In this document: positions 1 through 5,415 of the stretch, piece by piece
Position numbering within the stretch: the first letter of the stretch is position 1
How the letters are laid out: the number at the start of each line of letters is the position of its first letter
The notes under the pieces: model-generated
The model's database searches: none
Told to the model about the DNA's origin: nothing
Seen by the model: only the letters and a program-made list of their open reading frames with translations
Virus record (IMG/VR): IMGVR_UViG_3300045988_062034
Source of the DNA: a virus
Length of the DNA: 43,961 bases
Strand: one strand, 5' to 3'
Made by a program: the position numbers and the translations under genes

Positions 1-152
1 TACCGGCGCTGGGCCTCGGCGATCTCCTCCCTGTGGGCCTCGCGGTACCGGCGCTTGCCCTCGGCGATCTCCTCCCTGTGGGCCTCGCGGTACCGGCGCT
101 GGGCCTCGGCGATCTCCTCCCTGTGGGCCTCGCGGTACCGGCGCTGGGCCTC
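1..152. repeat. 45-bp tandem repeat, about 3.4 copies, in frame within the CDS above
   Basis: Units at 1-45, 46-90 and 91-135, plus a partial unit at 136-152. The second unit differs (cttgccc versus ctgggcc). Confidence 0.95.
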
Positions 153-158
153 CACCAT
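1..158 (-). CDS. 5' part of a coiled-coil-repeat plus HTH protein. The ORF runs off the window start and continues in frame at 43961 (see 43715-43961).
   Basis: ATG at 158-156. Reads MVEAQRRY, then 15-aa units REAHREEIAE(A/G)(Q/K)RRY. The frame is continuous across the 54-nt end overlap. Confidence 0.6.
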   Translation of the reverse strand, partial: MVEAQRRYREAHREEIAEAQRRYREAHREEIAEGKRRYREAHREEIAEAQRR

Positions 159-177
159 ACACCCACCGTCCACGGCC

Positions 178-711
178 TCAACTCTCACGATTTTGTTCAC
201 GGTACACCTCCATTTCCCGCACGCCAAACCTCAGCGCGTCCTCGTGACTGTCCATGTAGATATCCAGGGCTTGTCCATCGATCCCCGCCCCGGTGTCCTC
301 AACAACTCGCCAGCCGACGCCATCTATGTAGAGCTCCGTCCCTGCCGGCAGCACGTCCCAATCCGCCGCCACCGTGCGCCCCTCCTCCGGGACCGTGCCG
401 GAGGCCGTCAGCCCGCCGGACCACTGCCCGCAGCACTTTGCGCATGGGCAATAGGCATACACGGCGTATGTGCCCAGGCTCTCAAGCTCCGGCGTATCTG
501 CCTCCATCAGCTCCCGCGCCAGCACAGGCCCGCCGGAGTGCTTGTCCAGCGTGTGGGCGATGGATGGGCCAGCATCCAGCGCGTGGACTCCGCAGCAGGC
601 CGCAAGACAAATCCCAGTGGCAATACCGGTAAGGACGAGGTCTCGCACTGCGCTTGACGGCACCCACCGCCTTGTGGTATAATTCCTACTGTGTGATGGT
701 ATGCGATCCAT
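178..711 (-). CDS. Membrane-anchored 3D-domain (MltA/RlpA-like) cell-wall-binding or hydrolase protein
   Basis: N-terminal hydrophobic anchor (LVLTGIATGICLAACC). C-terminal motif TVAADWDVLPAGTELYIDGVGWRVVEDTGAGIDGQALDIY is typical of 3D domains. ATG 711 has SD gaagagg. The track start at 750 lies inside a hairpin. Confidence 0.7.
   Translation of the reverse strand: MDRIPSHSRNYTTRRWVPSSAVRDLVLTGIATGICLAACCGVHALDAGPSIAHTLDKHSGGPVLARELMEADTPELESLGTYAVYAYCPCAKCCGQWSGGLTASGTVPEEGRTVAADWDVLPAGTELYIDGVGWRVVEDTGAGIDGQALDIYMDSHEDALRFGVREMEVYREQNRES
654..683 (+). promoter_or_regulatory. Strong sigma70-type promoter on the plus strand, inside the 5' end of the minus-strand 3D gene
   Basis: TTGACG (654-659), 18-nt spacer, extended -10 TGgTATAAT (675-683). 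Confidence 0.6.
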
Positions 712-765
712 TTCGTGTACCTCTTCCGTGCCACGCTTGGTGCCAGACAAGCGTGGCTTTCTTAT
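690..765 (+). ncRNA. Candidate cis-antisense small RNA (about 75 nt) covering the SD and start codon of the 3D-domain gene
   Basis: Promoter at 654-683. Perfect 10-bp hairpin gccacgcttg/caagcgtggc (730-757) followed by tttctt. It overlaps the start codon (709-711) and SD (720-726) on the opposite strand. Confidence 0.45.
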
Positions 766-887
766 GCAACATAGGTTTTTTTGATCTCTACAGCGGTTTC
801 ATTGTGGTATTTCAGCCACAATTCGATTAGGTAATCCAAGTGCTCTTCTTTGAGGATCTTCTTCTCTACTTTTTTCTCGGACTCCAT
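762..887 (-). CDS. Small hypothetical protein (41 aa)
   Basis: SD aaggaggg lies 7 nt upstream of ATG 887. Tightly follows the stop of the upstream gene. Confidence 0.5.
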   Translation of the reverse strand: MESEKKVEKKILKEEHLDYLIELWLKYHNETAVEIKKTYVA

Positions 888-900
888 ATGTGCGCCCTCC

Positions 901-1092
901 TTACTGTTTTTTGTTGTCGCGTGCGTCTTGGTTAAGCTTGTTTCCATCTTCTTTCACCTCATTTCTGTTACCTATTGCTTCAAGGAACCATTCCAGCGGT
1001 TTCCCAGTCAGGGCCTCCACGGCCTCGCTGGTCAGTTTGCGAGAATTATGATTCTGCCGGACTAAATCAGAAACCTTGTCATTTTCGTTCAC
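901..1092 (-). CDS. Small hypothetical protein (63 aa), possibly a Cro-like DNA binder, first gene of the leftward operon
   Basis: GTG 1092 is preceded by aaaggagga. The segment KLTSEAVEALTGKPLEWFLEAI looks HTH-like. Confidence 0.4.
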   Translation of the reverse strand: MNENDKVSDLVRQNHNSRKLTSEAVEALTGKPLEWFLEAIGNRNEVKEDGNKLNQDARDNKKQ

Positions 1093-1113
1093 GATTAAAA
1101 ATCCTCCTTTTAC

Positions 1114-1142
1114 TTGCGGCTTGAAGGAGGATGTGGTATAAT
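1114..1142 (+). promoter_or_regulatory. Plus-strand promoter with extended -10
   Basis: TTGCGG (1114-1119), 17-nt spacer, TGgTATAAT (1134-1142). The 11-mer tgtggtataat is identical to the one at 673-683. Confidence 0.5.
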
Positions 1143-1148
1143 CTTCCT

Positions 1149-1226
1149 GCAAGCCTGATTGGCGTAATCAATTAGGTTTGCTGCCTCGCTGGGTGGTCTC
1201 AACACCTGGCGGGGCGCTTTTTGTTG
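1149..1226 (+). ncRNA. Candidate small RNA or terminated leader (about 75 nt, two hairpins)
   Basis: Hairpin 1154-1176. Terminator stem 1183-1215 (13 bp including G-U pairs) followed by cTTTTTgTT. No ORF. Confidence 0.4.
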
Positions 1227-1252
1227 TGGCCCCCACTCTTCCGTGGTATACT
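1224..1252 (+). promoter_or_regulatory. Promoter for the 1275 gene
   Basis: TTGTGG, 17-nt spacer, TGgTATACT (1244-1252). Confidence 0.45.
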
Positions 1253-1274
1253 GGAAAGGAAAGGATGGGATGAT

Positions 1275-1847
1275 ATGTCTTTTATAGAAAGTTTTTTGGA
1301 AGAACATGGCATCGAATACACGATTAACAGAAATGGAAGTATCCACACTGAAATCGGTTTGCCAAACTCGATTGACGGCGATAAATGTATTTGCTTTTAC
1401 CCAGATGCAGACATAAGACCTTTAGATGTGCTCACTAATCCTGCCGGTGACGAATATTTCATTTCCGAAGTGGAAACTGTATTCCAAGGAAACAATCCTG
1501 CATACTTGAAATCTACATATAAGACCCAAGCGCAAAGGGTAAAAAATGAGCAAACCATTTTTCACATTCAAAACGCCTATGGTTCGGTCATCGGAACAGG
1601 AAACCAAGCGACCATCAACTACAATTCAGCAGTAAGCGAATTAAGGCAAGCCGTTGCCTCCGATACATCTGCGGACAAAGAACAGCTTGAAAAAATCGTT
1701 GATCTGCTGGAAATGGTGGTCAATGAACAAGTTCCACCTTCTAAAGGCCTGTTTTCGAAGTTCAGCGCCGTTATGGAACGTCATTCTTGGATCTCAAGCT
1801 CTGTGGCTGGAACGATTCTTTCTTGGCTCCTATCCCAAATTCCGTAA
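1275..1847 (+). CDS. Hypothetical protein (190 aa) with a hydrophobic C-terminal tail. Candidate for a lysogen-expressed moron.
   Basis: SD ggaaaggaaagga upstream of ATG 1275. AT-rich. C-terminal WISSSVAGTILSWLLSQIP. No domain recognised. Confidence 0.6.
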   Translation: MSFIESFLEEHGIEYTINRNGSIHTEIGLPNSIDGDKCICFYPDADIRPLDVLTNPAGDEYFISEVETVFQGNNPAYLKSTYKTQAQRVKNEQTIFHIQNAYGSVIGTGNQATINYNSAVSELRQAVASDTSADKEQLEKIVDLLEMVVNEQVPPSKGLFSKFSAVMERHSWISSSVAGTILSWLLSQIP

Positions 1848-2001
1848 TCTCACACTCTTCAATTTGAAAAGTCACTTCAAGCTCCGTGCAGCCCCGCATG
1901 GAGCTTGAAATTTTGTAGTCCTGAACTTCTACGTTTTTGTCTCCAATCACTAAAAAAGAGCGCCCACCAAATTTGTGTATGGAGACTGTCTGTAAATCCA
2001 T
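1771..2001 (-). CDS. Hypothetical small protein (76 aa)
   Basis: SD gaaggggtgagag upstream of ATG 2001. The 3' 77 nt overlap the convergent gene 1275-1847, which lowers confidence. Confidence 0.35.
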   Translation of the reverse strand: MDLQTVSIHKFGGRSFLVIGDKNVEVQDYKISSSMRGCTELEVTFQIEECEITEFGIGAKKESFQPQSLRSKNDVP

Positions 2002-2021
2002 CTCTCACCCCTTCTTTCACT

Positions 2022-2050
2022 CCCGCCCCGTCAGGGGCGGGCTTCTTTTT
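2022..2050. terminator. Bidirectional hairpin terminator
   Basis: cccgcccc gtca ggggcggg followed by cttcttttt on the plus strand, with an A-rich flank on the other side. Confidence 0.6.
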
Positions 2051-2207
2051 CTTCATTGGACTTCTGCTGGACCTTTTTTCGGCGTTTAGGCTTGTCCCGA
2101 ACGCCCTCGGCATATCCAGCGATATAAAGTAACGCTTCTTTGGGGAGACCTACTAGGCGATCCGCTATAATCTGTGCATCGGATACTCTATCAAGGTTTA
2201 TGCTCAT
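2031..2207 (-). CDS. Small hypothetical protein (58 aa) with a basic C-terminus
   Basis: SD ggaggtg upstream of ATG 2207. Driven by the promoter at 2271-2299. Confidence 0.55.
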   Translation of the reverse strand: MSINLDRVSDAQIIADRLVGLPKEALLYIAGYAEGVRDKPKRRKKVQQKSNEEKEARP

Positions 2208-2270
2208 TGGTTCACCTCCATTTTCGTTTTGACCTTGGTATAACGCGTCAAAAGCTAACCTTGTGAGATT

Positions 2271-2299
2271 ATGATAGCACATAAATAAAACTATGTCAA
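2271..2299 (-). promoter_or_regulatory. Minus-strand sigma70-type promoter
   Basis: TTGACA (reverse complement of 2294-2299), 17-nt spacer, TATCAT (reverse complement of 2271-2276). Confidence 0.6.
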
Positions 2300-2339
2300 T
2301 CACTTTTTCTGAAACAGAAGAAAAAAGATTGACATAGTT
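2289..2339. repeat. Perfect 13-bp inverted repeat (aactatgtcaatc / gattgacatagtt). Each arm carries the -35 of one of two back-to-back promoters. Putative operator pair.
   Basis: Arms at 2289-2301 and 2327-2339. Confidence 0.8.
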
Positions 2340-2357
2340 AGATTTTAGTGGTATTCT
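2329..2357 (+). promoter_or_regulatory. Plus-strand sigma70-type promoter
   Basis: TTGACA (2329-2334), 17-nt spacer, TGgTATTCT (2349-2357). Confidence 0.65.
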
Positions 2358-2368
2358 TTTTGCAAGAG

Positions 2369-2887
2369 GTGATTTACATAGACCACAGAAAGAGATTAAA
2401 AAATATATGGTACGGAATGAAGCGAAGATGTAGTCGACCAACTCCGAGCGATTACATATATGGAATAGCTGACCACTATTATTCTAAGGGCATTCATGTT
2501 TGCGATGAGTGGAACGATAGTTTTGAGGCATTCTACACATGGGCTGTTTCACATGGTTATAAAGATGGTCTAACGATTGATAGAATAGACTCAAACGGAG
2601 ATTATGATCCATCAAATTGTCACTGGATTACTCGAAGTGAAAATTGCAAAAAAGCTGCATTAAGCAAAAGCGGTAACAAACGAGGATGCCATAGCAGAAG
2701 ATATTTTGTAATAAAGCGTATCTGCGGATATGATTGGGGAAAAGTGTTAGCAATAAGACTGAGTTACTCAGACGCAATTCGTTTTATCAGAAAAACACCA
2801 ACGAAACCAGGTGTTGTTTGTGTCATTAAGAAGTATTCTAGAGAAACTATTGGGATAGACCAAGGTGATTTTATAATGGGGGGGTGA
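2369..2887 (+). CDS. Homing-endonuclease-associated or AP2-like DNA-binding family protein (start uncertain)
   Basis: Motifs LKNIWYGMKRRC, GIHVCDEW, FYTWAVSHGY and LTIDRIDSNGDYDPSNCHW. The track start at 2348 overlaps the promoter. Possible in-frame starts are GTG 2369, ATT 2372 and ATA 2378, after SD agaggtga. Confidence 0.55.
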   Translation: MIYIDHRKRLKNIWYGMKRRCSRPTPSDYIYGIADHYYSKGIHVCDEWNDSFEAFYTWAVSHGYKDGLTIDRIDSNGDYDPSNCHWITRSENCKKAALSKSGNKRGCHSRRYFVIKRICGYDWGKVLAIRLSYSDAIRFIRKTPTKPGVVCVIKKYSRETIGIDQGDFIMGG

Positions 2888-2891
2888 GTAT

Positions 2892-3254
2892 GTGAACGAG
2901 CGAATTGCAAAAATTCGAAAAGATGCGAATTTAACTCAAGAAGAATTTGGTGAAAAGATTGGAAAATTAAGCAAAAATTACATTTGGATGCTGGAAAAAG
3001 GCGATAGAAAACCCAGCGACCGCACCATTGCCGATATCTGCCGAGAATTTAATATCTCTGAGCTTTGGCTACGTACCGGAGAAGGCGAGCCTCATACCCA
3101 GAAGGACGAGGACGAAGAGTTCCTTGAAGTTATGGAACGGATTCATATGTCAGACGATGATCTAATTAAGCGGATTATAAAGGCGTATTGGCTTATGGAT
3201 GACGACGAAAAAGCCGCCATCAGAAAACTGATAGACGGCTTCACAAAAAAATAA
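2892..3254 (+). CDS. XRE-family HTH transcriptional regulator (candidate phage repressor)
   Basis: IRKDANLTQEEFGEKIGKLSKNYIWMLEKGDRKPS is a classic HTH_XRE motif. GTG start follows SD ggggggtgag. Confidence 0.8.
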   Translation: MNERIAKIRKDANLTQEEFGEKIGKLSKNYIWMLEKGDRKPSDRTIADICREFNISELWLRTGEGEPHTQKDEDEEFLEVMERIHMSDDDLIKRIIKAYWLMDDDEKAAIRKLIDGFTKK

Positions 3255-3278
3255 GGCCCCGGTTCCCCGGGGCCTTAT
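3251..3278. terminator. Perfect 12-bp hairpin between convergent genes
   Basis: ataaggccccgg ttcc ccggggccttat. Confidence 0.65.
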
Positions 3279-3281
3279 TGA

Positions 3282-3416
3282 TTATTCCTTATGTAGTTTT
3301 TCAAGGATAAGGGCACGCGTGAGGAGAGCTTTTAAATAGTTTTCATTTTTATTCCGAGCAAGGACAAGTTCAATTTCTTTCCTGAGTGTATCAACAGTTT
3401 CTTTCCTCGGCGTCAT
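3282..3416 (-). CDS. Small hypothetical helical protein (44 aa). Below the ORF-track length cut-off.
   Basis: SD aaaggaggg is 6 nt upstream of ATG 3416. Reads MTPRKETVDTLRKEIELVLARNKNENYLKALLTRALILEKLHKE. Confidence 0.5.
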   Translation of the reverse strand: MTPRKETVDTLRKEIELVLARNKNENYLKALLTRALILEKLHKE

Positions 3417-3481
3417 GTTGCGCCCTCCTTTAATTGTTTTTCCGGGCGGAATGCCCTATTTTATATTTGGAGGATTGGAAA

Positions 3482-3910
3482 ATGAAAAAAGGTTTCATTG
3501 CCGGTGTTTTGACAGCACTGCTTGTTCTGGCGATGGTAGGCAGCGCTGGGGCTACCAATGGCAAAGTTCAAAAGGAAATCGAATACCGGGATATCAAGGT
3601 TTCTCTGGACGGAGAAGTTCTTGATCTGCGAGATGCAAAGGGGAATGCCGTGGAGCCGTTCATGTTCGGCGGCACCAACTATATCCCCGCCCGCGCTCTG
3701 GCGGAGTCTCTTGGCCTTGAAGTAGCATGGGAAGAGGCCAACAGCACCGTTGTCCTCACGCATCCAGAATCATCAAAGCCCACATATATCACTCGCACAG
3801 GTTCAAAATTTCACAACGATTCAAGTTGTAATGGTGGAACTTATTGGGAAGTCCCATATTCTACTGCCATTGGAATGGGATTGACCCCCTGCGAAAAATG
3901 CGTCCATTGA
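3482..3910 (+). CDS. Secreted protein with a signal peptide, a copper-amine-oxidase-N-terminal-like (stalk) domain and a C-terminal Cys motif
   Basis: MKKGFIAGVLTALLVLAMVGSAGA signal. Motif TNYIPARALAESLGLEVAWEE. C-terminal KFHNDSSC...PCEKC. SD ggagg upstream of ATG 3482. Confidence 0.65.
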   Translation: MKKGFIAGVLTALLVLAMVGSAGATNGKVQKEIEYRDIKVSLDGEVLDLRDAKGNAVEPFMFGGTNYIPARALAESLGLEVAWEEANSTVVLTHPESSKPTYITRTGSKFHNDSSCNGGTYWEVPYSTAIGMGLTPCEKCVH

Positions 3911-3918
3911 GGTGAGAT

Positions 3919-4083
3919 ATGGCAAAGAAGAAAAGCAGCTTGAAAATCCCCGGCCTATCTTTTAGCTGGAAACGTGCAACAGGCATTACAGCGGCAAAAC
4001 GTAAAATCGCAAAGGCCACAGGAATACCTACAACCAAATCCGGCAGGCGAAACAAAATTGGGAAAATCTTTGGCATAAAATAA
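3919..4083 (+). CDS. Small, very basic hypothetical protein (54 aa). Below the ORF-track cut-off.
   Basis: SD ggtgag upstream of ATG 3919. Reads MAKKKSSLKIPGLSFSWKRATGITAAKRKIAKATGIPTTKSGRRNKIGKIFGIK. Followed by a hairpin. Confidence 0.45.
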   Translation: MAKKKSSLKIPGLSFSWKRATGITAAKRKIAKATGIPTTKSGRRNKIGKIFGIK

Positions 4084-4088
4084 AAGAT

Positions 4089-4121
4089 GGCCCCGTCGCC
4101 TATGCGACAGGTGACGGGGCC
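4089..4121 (+). terminator. Hairpin terminator
   Basis: ggccccgtc ... gacggggcc followed by ttat. Confidence 0.5.
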
Positions 4122-4200
4122 TTATAGCAGACCCACAACTTTACAGACCGATCTGCTATGGGTCTATCTTAGCAGATTGAAAGGTGCTGCGTCTATAATC

Positions 4201-4276
4201 AAGCCTTGTTATTTCAACACCAAAGTTTGTAATGCGGCTATCCAAACCTTGTAATTTTAAAACCAAACCTTAGAAT
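4201..4276 (+). promoter_or_regulatory. Four phased direct repeats (consensus CCAAACCTTGTAAT) overlapping a promoter
   Basis: Repeats at 4201-4213 (degenerate), 4220-4233, 4242-4255 and 4263-4276, period 21-22 bp. TTGTAA (4249-4254), 16-nt spacer, TAGAAT (4271-4276). Confidence 0.6.
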
Positions 4277-4296
4277 CTGCTTATTGGAGGCCCCAA

Positions 4297-4701
4297 ATGG
4301 AGGTATTAATTAAAGATTTATGTAAGGAGAAAAAAGACTCTTTAAACTTAACAAACCAAAACATAGCAGATAGAGCAAATTTATCTGCGTCTACTGTTAA
4401 CAACTATTTTTCAGAATCATCCAAGGCCCCGTCTGTCTATACAGTTGGTCCGATCTGCGCGGCTCTCGGTGTATCGCTTGACAGTTACTTCGGGATCAAG
4501 TCCAAAAAAGAATCGGATAGGGATGAGGATAACCTAGAGCTTCGCTTGAAGTATGAACAGGAAAAATATTCTCTTCTGCGGAAAGGGATCATACATAGAA
4601 ACAGGGTCATTACTGCTTTGTTTGTCTTGTGCGCAGTGCTACTTTGCTATGCAATAATTATTGACTTTTTGAATCCAGCCATCGGTCTTATTAGACGATA
4701 A
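4297..4701 (+). CDS. Membrane-anchored XRE-family HTH protein
   Basis: N-terminal LTNQNIADRANLSASTVNNYFSE HTH. C-terminal transmembrane segment VITALFVLCAVLLCYAIIIDFL. Confidence 0.7.
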   Translation: MEVLIKDLCKEKKDSLNLTNQNIADRANLSASTVNNYFSESSKAPSVYTVGPICAALGVSLDSYFGIKSKKESDRDEDNLELRLKYEQEKYSLLRKGIIHRNRVITALFVLCAVLLCYAIIIDFLNPAIGLIRR

Positions 4702-4851
4702 TTTTGAACCACATGCGTCGTGTGGATAAATTATAGAACATTAGTTCCATTAAAGCAATAGCCACACCTCCCAATTAAATTCTATCTATTTTGTTAAGCC
4801 TGTAGAATTTGTCTGGCGAAAACAAAAGAGACGTTTATTGGACTTTTAGTG

Positions 4852-4860
4852 TGGTATTAT
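4852..4860 (+). promoter_or_regulatory. Extended -10 element (TGgTATTAT). Possible start of a plus-strand non-coding transcript ending at 5143.
   Basis: Same tgtggtat motif as at 673, 1132, 1242 and 2348. No good -35. Confidence 0.35.
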
Positions 4861-4959
4861 ATAGCATCTTTGGTGCAGGGCGAGGTATTAGCCCATCAGG
4901 ACAAGTCTTACCCCACTTGAAAATCTCACACAAGGCGGTTATACTGGAAACAGAAAAGA

Positions 4960-5137
4960 GGCGCTACCGGCAGACGGTTAGCCCCTCGCTGTGTTACAAG
5001 AAGTAACTGCCAGGTTGGGAGCCGGGGCGGTTACTTCCCAAAAAAGTATAAGGCGGCGCTACCGGCAGACGGTCAGCCCCTTATGCTTGAGCTACAAGAA
5101 GTAACCGCGCAGTTGGGGAACTGGGGCGGTTACTTCT
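4960..5137 (+). repeat. Two direct copies (78 and 82 nt, period 95) of a hairpin-rich unit. A third partial copy is inverted at 5277-5296.
   Basis: Each unit starts ggcgctaccggcagacggt and ends with the stem gaagtaac(t/c)gc...ggcggttacttc. Confidence 0.85.
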
Positions 5138-5220
5138 TTTTTTGCCTGAAAGAACAGGACAATAATGCCGATGATCACAAGGCAGAACTGAAACAGCTCT
5201 GAACATGTAAGCATAAGCAT
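5092..5220 (-). CDS. Small hydrophobic peptide (40-42 aa), holin-like or type I toxin-like
   Basis: M(LM)LTCSELFQFCLVIIGIIVLFFQAKKEVTAPVPQLRGYFL has one transmembrane helix followed by KK. The SD ggggg is buried in the hairpin ccccctc cgaaa gaggggg. ATG at 5220 or 5214. Confidence 0.45.
   Translation of the reverse strand: MLMLTCSELFQFCLVIIGIIVLFFQAKKEVTAPVPQLRGYFL
5097..5143 (+). terminator. Rho-independent terminator oriented for the plus strand, overlapping the 3' end of the minus-strand small ORF
   Basis: 12-bp stem agaagtaaccgc / gcggttacttct followed by TTTTTT. Confidence 0.7.
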
Positions 5221-5302
5221 CACCCCCTCTTTCGGAGGGGGCAAGAAGTCCCCTCCGGGATGGAGGGGCCAACCGCCTACCGTTGCAGGTAGCGCCGAAT
5301 TG

Positions 5303-5331
5303 AGGATAGCATATTGTGGCGGGAAATGCAA
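5303..5331 (-). promoter_or_regulatory. Promoter for the small hydrophobic ORF
   Basis: TTGCAT, 17-nt spacer, TGcTATCCT, read on the minus strand. Confidence 0.5.
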
Positions 5332-5415
5332 GGGGAAGCCCAGCCTAGCACTCGATGTTAAGCAGAGGGTGGGAAAGCTATATTGTTCGCTGTCAGGGGG
5401 AAAGGGGCAGGAGTT

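Noticed and set aside
1-152. The 45-bp tandem repeats here and the 27-bp repeats at 43096-43338, considered as CRISPR arrays
   Set aside because: The units are contiguous with no spacers. They are in frame inside ORFs and encode regular peptide repeats. No cas genes are present.
4809-5006. 65-aa plus-strand ORF upstream of the duplicated hairpin units
   Set aside because: It has an alternative start and no SD. It begins upstream of the only plausible promoter element and runs into the repeat hairpins. The sequence is more consistent with a non-coding transcript.
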